Part shown: positions 57,251-64,000 of the stretch, piece by piece
How the letters are laid out: each line of letters opens with the position of its first letter
Numbering within the stretch: position 1 is the stretch's first letter
Assembly: GCA_023264015.1 (NCBI GenBank)
Contig: JALQTJ010000004.1
Location: forward strand, 804 to 64,803
Source: Flavobacteriaceae bacterium
GTDB lineage: Bacteria; Bacteroidota; Bacteroidia; Flavobacteriales; Flavobacteriaceae
Length of the DNA stretch: 64,000 nt
Direction of reading: 5' to 3'
The notes under the pieces: model-generated
Seen by the model: the letters and a program-made list of their open reading frames with translations, nothing else
What the model was told of the DNA's origin: nothing
The model's database searches: none
Position numbers and translations under genes: made by a program

Positions 57251-57266
57251 AGCCAAAACCGTGCCA
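57251..57266 (-). promoter_or_regulatory. sigma-54 (RpoN) -24/-12 promoter-like element upstream of the RND efflux operon
   Basis: The minus strand reads TTGGCACGGTTTTGGCT, against the consensus YTGGCACGrNNNTTGCW. GG and GC are at the correct 12-nt register with one mismatch. It lies about 67 nt upstream of the ATG at 57184 and just downstream of a terminator. Confidence 0.4.
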
Positions 57267-57296
57267 AACCCGATTTGGTCAACATTAACAGGAATT

Positions 57297-57323
57297 AAAA
57301 AGACACTCGTTATCTCGAGGGTC
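57297..57323 (-). terminator. candidate intrinsic terminator after the TonB receptor gene
   Basis: The minus strand reads GACCCTCG-agataa-CGAGTGTC-TTTTT: an 8-bp stem with one mismatch and a T5 tail, starting 13 nt after the stop at 57336. Confidence 0.5.
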
Positions 57324-57335
57324 TTAAGTGGTAAG

Positions 57336-59174
57336 CTACCAGTTATAGCGCAGTGAGAACCCTATATTTCTGCCAGGCATCGGAATAAAACTCGTCTCCC
57401 AATACGACTGATTGAGTACGTTGTTCAGCGCCAGATTGAGATTCAATGGCCCCCATTGCTGACGCACCGAGGCATCAATAACGGTATACGTTCGACTTGA
57501 GGCGCGCTCAATATAGCGTGCATTGAGCTGAACTTCTGTTTGACTCGATGGTTTCATCCCTGTGCGAACTACCCATTGGTGTTTGAGATCGTTATCAATA
57601 GAATAACGTGAAAACTGAGCCGCCTCATCGCTCAAGTTTTGATTCATGTAAGTATAGCTGAAGCCATAGTGAAAGGTTCGAGCGGTCGATGAAAAACGGT
57701 CAAATGAAAATTCCAATCCTTGCGACACGAGTTGCTGTATGTTCATCGCCTGAAAGCGGTCTTCTTCTCGCTCTTTCACGTAGTCAATAAGATTGTCAGA
57801 TTGACGCGTGAAAAGAACCAATGAAGTCTCAGTCGCGTCTTTGGAGTAACGTATTCCCCAATCTGCAGAGGTAGCACGTTCAGCCACAAGGGCGGCATTG
57901 CCTATTGTCGTCGGATCGCTGTAGTACAGGTCAGTGAAGGTCGGAACCCTAAAGGTGGATCCCCAATTAAGATAGGTTCTTAATGCTTTATTCAAAGGCA
58001 GTCCGACCTCTATACCCGGAAAAACCTGAGTTCCAAATTCAGATATCGAGGTCAAAACAACTCCGGGTGTAAGATCAAAACCTAAGGTTCCGATGGTGAA
58101 GCGATGTTCGAAAAAAACATTCAATAAATCTCTTGAGCGTTCTCCCAAGTTATTACTCTGAATACTTGATCGTGAGAGGTCTATTCCGAATCCCGTTTGT
58201 CCTAGAGAAGAAGTGTGACTGAGATCAACCGCAGCACCAACCTTATGGGTAATATGCATGTTGCGATAGATTTCGGGGCGATTGCGGATATACTCGTACA
58301 TATCTTGCCCTCTACGCCAATACAGGCGCGGAACAATTTTGGTGTTCTCGAGTGTGACCGAACGCGTAAGGGCCAATAATCCGGCCTGGGTTTCTTCGTA
58401 TTGATCAATAGCAGAAGGACTAGCGTAAAAGCCATTTGCACCAAAAGCGCGAGGAGAAAAAAGTCCAAATAGGTGAAATCCATTTGATGCATCGCCGCTG
58501 CGTAATGAAAGGGCAAATTGCTGCTGCCTATAATCTGTATTGTGACGGTACCCGTCAGATTGAGCCGTGGCGGCATAGGCCATGAGCTTTAGTCCTTTAA
58601 AGTGACTAGCGCCATATAGGTCAACCCCAACTGTTCCGTACGATCCTCCGTGAAATTGACCTTGGTAGCCAGATTCAGGATTACGCTTAGTGATAATATT
58701 AATAGCCCCTGCGAAGGCATTCTGACCGAAAATACGGGCGGCTGAACCTCGAATGATCTCAATGCGTTCAATAAGGGCGAGAGGTGGTAAAAAATTAGAA
58801 AGATGATGTCCGGTTTGTGCATCCTCAAGGGCAATACCATCGATAAGTAATAGGGTTTGATCAAAGCTACCTCCTCTAAAATTAAAATCAGCCTGGGTGG
58901 GTCCGACACCTCTTCTACGTACGTCTAGTCCTGCAATACGCTGTAGGTAATCGACTACATGAACTACACCACTGGCCTTCAGCTCGGCGGCGCTGATGAC
59001 CTGAATAGTTTTAGAGCGTTTGCTGTAGGGCTCAGCAATACGACCGCTGACTACTACTTCATCGAGTACTTGAGCAGCTAACAAACTGTCTTGTTGAACG
59101 TCTTGTGCCTGAAGTAGACTCGTTATAAGGAGTATCGAAAAGAATCCAAAAAGGGGTTGCCATCCAAAGCGCAT
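57336..59174 (-). CDS. TonB-dependent outer-membrane receptor (small, BtuB/CirA-size class)
   Basis: 612-aa ORF with a signal peptide. Plug blocks are VVVSGR, DVRRRGVGPTQADFNFRGGSFDQTLLLIDG and IEIIRGSAARIFGQNAFAGAINII. The C-terminus is ...FSLRYNW. Confidence 0.85.
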   Translation of the reverse strand: MRFGWQPLFGFFSILLITSLLQAQDVQQDSLLAAQVLDEVVVSGRIAEPYSKRSKTIQVISAAELKASGVVHVVDYLQRIAGLDVRRRGVGPTQADFNFRGGSFDQTLLLIDGIALEDAQTGHHLSNFLPPLALIERIEIIRGSAARIFGQNAFAGAINIITKRNPESGYQGQFHGGSYGTVGVDLYGASHFKGLKLMAYAATAQSDGYRHNTDYRQQQFALSLRSGDASNGFHLFGLFSPRAFGANGFYASPSAIDQYEETQAGLLALTRSVTLENTKIVPRLYWRRGQDMYEYIRNRPEIYRNMHITHKVGAAVDLSHTSSLGQTGFGIDLSRSSIQSNNLGERSRDLLNVFFEHRFTIGTLGFDLTPGVVLTSISEFGTQVFPGIEVGLPLNKALRTYLNWGSTFRVPTFTDLYYSDPTTIGNAALVAERATSADWGIRYSKDATETSLVLFTRQSDNLIDYVKEREEDRFQAMNIQQLVSQGLEFSFDRFSSTARTFHYGFSYTYMNQNLSDEAAQFSRYSIDNDLKHQWVVRTGMKPSSQTEVQLNARYIERASSRTYTVIDASVRQQWGPLNLNLALNNVLNQSYWETSFIPMPGRNIGFSLRYNW

Positions 59175-59228
59175 ATTACCACTTTAATTTGGCGCAAAAG
59201 TACTGCGATTCTAAGAAAATAAGGGGTA

Positions 59229-60302
59229 CTACTCTAATTCAATGGGGCAACCGAAGCCTGATTCGGTTTTTGATTTTAAGCCTAGAAGCATTCGAACCGT
59301 CGGCGCCACCTGATTCGTGAAGAGCTGTTCTTGCTCTTTTATTTCACCTTTCGCAGCTACCCCCGCGCCAAAAATTATAAGCCAGGTTTGGTCGGCCCCA
59401 GAGACATCGGAGCCATGCCCGCGCCACAAGTCTAAAGGCTGTGTTCCTCGACCGTGATCTGTAGTAATAATAAACGTTGTTTTACCCCTGTAATAAGGGT
59501 CTCTTTGCGTAAAGTTCCATAGATCCTCGATGAGTTTGTCGGTGTTATGAGCGGCTTTCAAATAAGCTTCGTAATCACCGTCGTGTGCAAAATCATCCGT
59601 CTCTCCGTAAGCAATGTAAATCAAATCCGGATGGTGTTTTTTAAGATACTCTTTCGCGTATTGATGTGTGAATCCATCAAGTCTCACGCTGCTCCACGGG
59701 CTTGGAATTTGAGGTTGAAGCTCATTCAATAGCGCTTCGCGTTCGGTGAGCGGATGATCTGATGAAAGGTCAAATCCGCTATTGGTATACACTTTGGAGC
59801 GCGGCTCGTTTACAATAAAATCGAACACATCCCAGCTACCGAAAGCGGCTACTTTATGAGGGGTAGCTCGTTCTCGCGCGAATTGCTCCAAAACGGTGAC
59901 GTTGGGGTTGGGGATTTTATCGTTGCTTCTGATACGCTGATCGTCTGCGCTTCCGGTGAGAATTTCATTATACCCCGGATACGAGAACCACATCGAATTC
60001 GTGAGGTTTACCTTGCTCCCTAACAAACGGTTGCCGTGAAGTTGGCCCTGACCGCTTATGGTAGTCCAAATAAATGGGGTAAGCAAAACACGACGTTGCG
60101 CTGCGCTTTCAGACCAGAACCTTTCGGCAAGCTCATCAGCACGATCAACATAATTCGCATTGCCTATGAGTGCTGGATCGGCCCCGGTGAAAAGCTCTTG
60201 CCATCTGTAACCGTCAAGGGTGATTAGAACCACCTTGTTCGCCTCTTGAGCACGCAAACCAACCACTGTTATCAGGGTAAAAAAGAGTATCTTATAGTTC
60301 AT
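59229..60302 (-). CDS. alkaline-phosphatase-superfamily enzyme (type I phosphodiesterase/nucleotide pyrophosphatase-like), secreted
   Basis: 357-aa ORF with a signal peptide. VVLITLDGYRWQELF, FSYPGYNEILTG (nucleophile loop, compare TFPNHYSIVTG), ETDDFAHDGDY and ITTDHGRG match the NPP/AP metal-site blocks. Confidence 0.65.
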   Translation of the reverse strand: MNYKILFFTLITVVGLRAQEANKVVLITLDGYRWQELFTGADPALIGNANYVDRADELAERFWSESAAQRRVLLTPFIWTTISGQGQLHGNRLLGSKVNLTNSMWFSYPGYNEILTGSADDQRIRSNDKIPNPNVTVLEQFARERATPHKVAAFGSWDVFDFIVNEPRSKVYTNSGFDLSSDHPLTEREALLNELQPQIPSPWSSVRLDGFTHQYAKEYLKKHHPDLIYIAYGETDDFAHDGDYEAYLKAAHNTDKLIEDLWNFTQRDPYYRGKTTFIITTDHGRGTQPLDLWRGHGSDVSGADQTWLIIFGAGVAAKGEIKEQEQLFTNQVAPTVRMLLGLKSKTESGFGCPIELE

Positions 60303-60330
60303 TTGAACTAAAGATATACGGTAATATTCA

Positions 60331-61521
60331 ATGAAACTAGCTTATCGCTCACTATTGGTCCTTATGACTCTTTTCACGCTCTCGAATTGCACTGAATCAA
60401 CACCTCTTGAGAAGGCCCTATCAAGTCGTGAGTTGCAAGACCTCATCACTAATCCTGACTATGAGGTTCAAATTCGATACACCCAAATTGATCGAAGTTC
60501 AGAGGGAGAACCCATGTTCACTACCCATAGTGTCGGAGAAGACAGTGATGCTTATTTCTATCCGGCAAGCACCGCAAAACTTCCTATAACGGTATTGGCC
60601 CTTCAACGCTTAAAGGAGCTAAGAGCAAGCGGATATAACATTGACGCCAATACCCCCTTTCATATTTATACTCCTGACCTAACCGCCCCCATCGCACTGC
60701 AAGACAGCACCAAAATTGACCACAAGCTAACCATTGCTCACCTGATCAAAAAGGTCTTTTTGGTCAGTGATAACGATGCTTATAATTACCTCTTTGATTT
60801 TCTGGGAAAAGACTACATCAACAAAGAATTGCAGAAAAAAGGACTCTCTCACACGCAGATTCAGCATAAGTTTCTTTTCGGTGCCGACAACGAAAATACC
60901 TGGCATTATGTCTTCCTAAACGCGCAAGACACCGTATATGTGCAGCCCTCGATTCACAGTGAGATCACTATTAAAAACTCGGCTACCAAAGGGGTGAAAA
61001 AAGGGGTGGGTTATCAAGCAAACGATAGCATCATCCAAGAAGCCTTCGATTTCTCTCTAAAAAACAGAATCGCATTAAAAGACCTCGAGGGTATCTTGCA
61101 ACGCATTATTTTTCCTGAGGTATTTTCGAGCGAACAGCAATTCAATCTTTGCGATGAAGACTACGCCTTTCTGAACTACTGGATGAGCCGCACCACCATG
61201 GAAAGCACCGACCCCAATTACCAAAATGATGAGGAATATTACGATAGCTACGGGAAGTTCTTTATTTATGGTGACCGAAAAGGAGAGATGACCGATGCAG
61301 TACGGATTTATAATAAGGTAGGTTACGCCTACGGAACACTTACTGATGTAGCATACATTCGAGATGCGCGTTCAGGGGCTGAATTTTTCTTGTCCGCCAG
61401 CATACTCGTCAATAAAAACGGCATTTTCAACGACAATCAGTACGAATACGATGCGATCGGAATTCCCTTTTTAGCAGAGGTCGGAAGAGCGGTGCTCTCT
61501 TATGAGCAATCGAGATATTAA
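60331..61521 (+). CDS. serine hydrolase, class-A-beta-lactamase-related family, lipoprotein
   Basis: 396-aa ORF with lipobox LSNC, the S-x-x-K motif in YPASTAKLPI and the S-D-N motif in LVSDNDAYN. Confidence 0.65.
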   Translation: MKLAYRSLLVLMTLFTLSNCTESTPLEKALSSRELQDLITNPDYEVQIRYTQIDRSSEGEPMFTTHSVGEDSDAYFYPASTAKLPITVLALQRLKELRASGYNIDANTPFHIYTPDLTAPIALQDSTKIDHKLTIAHLIKKVFLVSDNDAYNYLFDFLGKDYINKELQKKGLSHTQIQHKFLFGADNENTWHYVFLNAQDTVYVQPSIHSEITIKNSATKGVKKGVGYQANDSIIQEAFDFSLKNRIALKDLEGILQRIIFPEVFSSEQQFNLCDEDYAFLNYWMSRTTMESTDPNYQNDEEYYDSYGKFFIYGDRKGEMTDAVRIYNKVGYAYGTLTDVAYIRDARSGAEFFLSASILVNKNGIFNDNQYEYDAIGIPFLAEVGRAVLSYEQSRY

Positions 61522-61647
61522 GGCTTTTTTTCTTTTAATGGTGAAGGGTGACAAGCAATGAAATTTTACATGAATAACCGATCAGAGGGTAACGAAACTA
61601 ACAAAAATTTCTGGCTATCTTCAAGGGCTTTAAATGGATTATTTAGC

Positions 61648-63963
61648 ATGAAAAAAGGTATTGTAGTTCTTTTCAGTCTTATGGCGCTATCGGCTAAAGC
61701 CCAGCAAAAACCGATCGATTCATTAATCACTGATCATCAAGTGAGCAAAGGCATGATTAGCACCTATTTCAAACCCGAAAAAGGGAAGCTTTTCCTGGCT
61801 ATTCACGACAGTGTGCTCGAGCGGCCCTTACTTATGGTAACCCGCTATGTAAAGCTCCCTTCAAACTACTCGCCCTATAGAAATGCCGGATCTAAAACAG
61901 CCGAAAGCGTTATTGGTTTTGAACAGAGAGGGTCCAAAATTCTGCTCAAGCAACTCTCTTATGTCAATCTTGCAGACGAATCTGACCCTATCGCTGAAAG
62001 TGTTGTGCAAAATAACCTACCCCCCATTTTAGGTGTCTTTGAAAAGATGAATTCCGAAGACGAGATGCATCTCATAGATGTCTCAGACTTCTTTTCAAAA
62101 GATTCTCCGGGATTCAACGCAGTGGGTGAAACAGACAAGAAAAACTACAAAATCGGATCGCTAGATAGCAAGCGTTCGTTTATTGACGCTGCCAAGAGCT
62201 TTCCGCGAAATACAGAGATTACACACACTTTGACCTATCCGGCTGCGGCCCCACCTAGAGCAAATAGAAGTGAAACACTCAGTTTTCAATTGAATCATTC
62301 GATCATCGCACTACCCGATCATCCCATGCCTTCTCGCAAGGTCGACCAGCGCGTTGGATGGTTCTCTTTAGAGCAATACAACTATTCATCTGAGGCCCTA
62401 AAGTCAGACAATTACCGTATCGCAGCACGCTGGAGGCTAGAGCCTAGCGACAAAGAAGCCTATGCCCGTGGCGAACTTGTCACCCCTGTAAAGCCTATTG
62501 TCTTCTATCTCGATCCTGCGACCCCTTTAAAGTGGAGGCCCTATTTTAAGAAAGGTATTGAAGACTGGAATGGGCCATTTGAAAAAGCCGGATTTAAGAA
62601 TGCGATCATTGCCAAGGATCCTCCGACTAAAGAAGAGGATCCTGATTTTAGCCCTGAGGATGTGCGCTACTCTGTCGTGCGTTATGTCGCTTCGACTACA
62701 AGAAACGCCACAGGGCCAAGCGTGAAAGATCCGCGTACTGGTGAAATTATTGAGAGTGACGTCATCTGGTACCACAACCACCTGCGCTCTTACCGCAATA
62801 GGTATCTCTTAGAGACCGGAGCCGCCAATGAGAAGGCTCGAACCCTGAATACACCTGAAGAAGAAATAGGTGAGATGATGCGGCGCGTCATCGCTCATGA
62901 GGTGGGGCACGCTTTAGGGCTTCCGCATAATATGAAGGCCAGTTCAGCCTATCCGGTAGACTCGTTGCGCTCAGGAAGTTTTACCCAAAAAATGGGAATT
63001 GCCGCAACCATCATGGATTATGCGCGCTACAACTACATTGCCCAACCCGGAGATCAAAATATCAGATTCGTTCGTCAAATGGGGCCTTATGACGACTATG
63101 CCATTGAGTGGGGCTACCGTTATTTCGAATCTGAAGAAGACGAAAAGGCCTGGTTGAAAAAATTCGTTGACAAGCACAGCTTAGACCCGGTGTATCAATT
63201 CGGATCACGCGGAAATGACCCTAATGCTCAAACCGAAAACATTGGAGACGACCCTGTAAAGGCTACTGCATACGGATTGAGCAACCTTAAGATTGTTGCC
63301 GAAAATTTAGAAGCGTGGACTACTGAAAACGGGCAAACCTATGACGATCTTCAAGAACTCTACATGGAACTCATAGGGGTGTATCGCCGCTATATCTATC
63401 ACGTAGTTGCTCTGATTGGCGGAGTCAACGAAACACTAGCGGTAAAAGGCCAAGAGGTGATTCCGTACCAAAACGTCTCTTATCAGAAGCAACGTGAGGC
63501 ATTGGCTTCATTAGATCAAAACTTATGGAAGACCCAATACTGGCTGATAAAACCTGAACTGATTTCTCGATTTGAAAACGAAGGGCACCTTGACCTTATT
63601 GCGAATCTTCAGAAGGCTGCGCTCTACCGCATTTTAAACCAAGAGCGTTTAAATACCATGCTGTCTACTCAGCTTACCCTAATGGGAGAAGGATTAGAGG
63701 CCTCGGCCCTCATCTCATCACTAGCAAATTCAATCGTTCTGAGCAAAAAACAGCCCGATCTACTCGAGCGTCTACTTCAGATAGCATTCATAGAGCGCTC
63801 AAATGAGCTTATCGCTGACGAGAAAACCCATAGCGATGTGCGGGCCGCATTAAATCAAACCAATAGTGAGATTGAACGTTGGCTAGGCAAGCAAAAAAAC
63901 ACCTCTTCTGAAACGCTTAAAAATCATTTCAGATTTGCCTTGTCTATGCTCGAAAAAGAATAG
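61648..63963 (+). CDS. secreted zinc metalloprotease (DUF5117/DUF4953-type)
   Basis: Signal peptide from MKKGIVVLFSLMALSAKAQ (ATG at 61648). Zincin motif VIAHEVGHALGLPHNM. The size and flanking blocks (VVRYVAS, DVIWYHN) are typical of this Bacteroidota protease family. Confidence 0.8.
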   Translation: MKKGIVVLFSLMALSAKAQQKPIDSLITDHQVSKGMISTYFKPEKGKLFLAIHDSVLERPLLMVTRYVKLPSNYSPYRNAGSKTAESVIGFEQRGSKILLKQLSYVNLADESDPIAESVVQNNLPPILGVFEKMNSEDEMHLIDVSDFFSKDSPGFNAVGETDKKNYKIGSLDSKRSFIDAAKSFPRNTEITHTLTYPAAAPPRANRSETLSFQLNHSIIALPDHPMPSRKVDQRVGWFSLEQYNYSSEALKSDNYRIAARWRLEPSDKEAYARGELVTPVKPIVFYLDPATPLKWRPYFKKGIEDWNGPFEKAGFKNAIIAKDPPTKEEDPDFSPEDVRYSVVRYVASTTRNATGPSVKDPRTGEIIESDVIWYHNHLRSYRNRYLLETGAANEKARTLNTPEEEIGEMMRRVIAHEVGHALGLPHNMKASSAYPVDSLRSGSFTQKMGIAATIMDYARYNYIAQPGDQNIRFVRQMGPYDDYAIEWGYRYFESEEDEKAWLKKFVDKHSLDPVYQFGSRGNDPNAQTENIGDDPVKATAYGLSNLKIVAENLEAWTTENGQTYDDLQELYMELIGVYRRYIYHVVALIGGVNETLAVKGQEVIPYQNVSYQKQREALASLDQNLWKTQYWLIKPELISRFENEGHLDLIANLQKAALYRILNQERLNTMLSTQLTLMGEGLEASALISSLANSIVLSKKQPDLLERLLQIAFIERSNELIADEKTHSDVRAALNQTNSEIERWLGKQKNTSSETLKNHFRFALSMLEKE

Positions 63964-64000
63964 GGTTATTTTTTGGCCTGTTTGTACCAGGTTTGGGTGC

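Noticed and set aside
56072-57256. Longer N-terminal versions of several track ORFs: 57256 (adaptor), 17675 (iolE), 32964 (oxidoreductase), 34061 (S10 peptidase), 40433, 46119 (DUF2911), 52913 (TolC), 30101 (IIB) and 61558 (metalloprotease).
   Set aside because: The extensions overlap the upstream gene or a promoter-like element, use non-ATG or non-conserved starts, and precede an internal Met that begins a textbook signal peptide or conserved N-terminus. I shortened the coordinates accordingly. The exact starts remain unverified.
57336-59228. The BtuB-sized TonB receptor as a cobalamin transporter with an upstream B12 riboswitch.
   Set aside because: The upstream non-coding space is only 54 nt, far too short for a cobalamin riboswitch. 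No B12-box-like sequence is visible.
60331-61521. The class-A-beta-lactamase-like serine hydrolase as an antibiotic-resistance beta-lactamase.
   Set aside because: Only the generic S-x-x-K and S-D-N motifs are visible. The 396-aa length and lipoprotein context differ from typical class A enzymes. I cannot identify the omega-loop Glu or a KTG box with confidence by eye.
63964-64000. Possible 3' end of a minus-strand gene at the window edge; the reverse complement reads ...APKPGTNRPKN-stop.
   Set aside because: Only about 11 codons are visible, so there is no way to distinguish a real gene from chance.
1-64000. Searched by eye for CRISPR arrays, tandem or interspersed repeats, and tRNA, rRNA or riboswitch-sized non-coding regions.
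   Set aside because: The largest non-coding gaps are 192 nt (32293-32484), 155 nt (32881-33035) and 151 nt (57185-57335). None shows a cloverleaf, repeat-spacer periodicity or a known riboswitch core. A computational scan (tRNAscan, Infernal, repeat finder) would be needed to be definitive.

Overview
The window is a densely coding chromosomal segment (about 95% coding, roughly 49 CDSs). I found no rRNA, tRNA, CRISPR, transposase, integrase or phage genes. The gene content points to a Bacteroidota host, probably a marine Flavobacteriia- or Cytophagia-like organism. This is an inference from TonB-dependent receptors, many signal-peptide or lipoprotein enzymes, CBM9/DUF5916, DUF5117-type Zn-metalloprotease, DUF1080, DUF2911, NIPSNAP and BNR/VPS10 proteins, plus TAnnTTTG-type -7 boxes. 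The main modules, in order: (1) secreted peptidases (M19, M20), a sterol-desaturase-family protein, and an APC permease followed by an aldo/keto-reductase-RidA fusion. (2) A complete eight-gene myo-inositol catabolic operon, iolJ-B-C-A-E-G-D plus an SSS Na+/solute symporter. (3) A GH20 hexosaminidase-SIS(UPF0309) pair that meets, tail to tail with 0 nt spacing, a tightly packed six-gene operon. That operon encodes an RPE-like epimerase and a complete fructose-family sugar PTS (IIA, IIC, IIB, HPr, Enzyme I). (4) A glycan module (CBM9/DUF5916 protein, GH3-PA14, Gfo/Idh/MocA oxidoreductases, S10 carboxypeptidase). (5) A translationally coupled operon of membrane protein, TonB-dependent receptor and VanX-like D-Ala-D-Ala dipeptidase. 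(6) A fused OtsA-OtsB trehalose-6-P synthase/phosphatase, divergent from a GH15 enzyme. (7) An MFP-RND-TolC efflux operon preceded by a near-consensus sigma-54 (-24/-12) element. (8) An alkaline-phosphatase-superfamily enzyme with a TonB receptor, a class-A-beta-lactamase-like serine hydrolase and a Zn metalloprotease. The most unusual feature is the complete sugar PTS with an epimerase. It has no FruK and no regulator, and it sits in a Bacteroidota-type context, a phylum where sugar PTSs are regarded as rare or absent. Its substrate and origin are unknown. Most of the remainder is ordinary metabolism. All calls come from reading the translations and DNA by eye; no database search was run.
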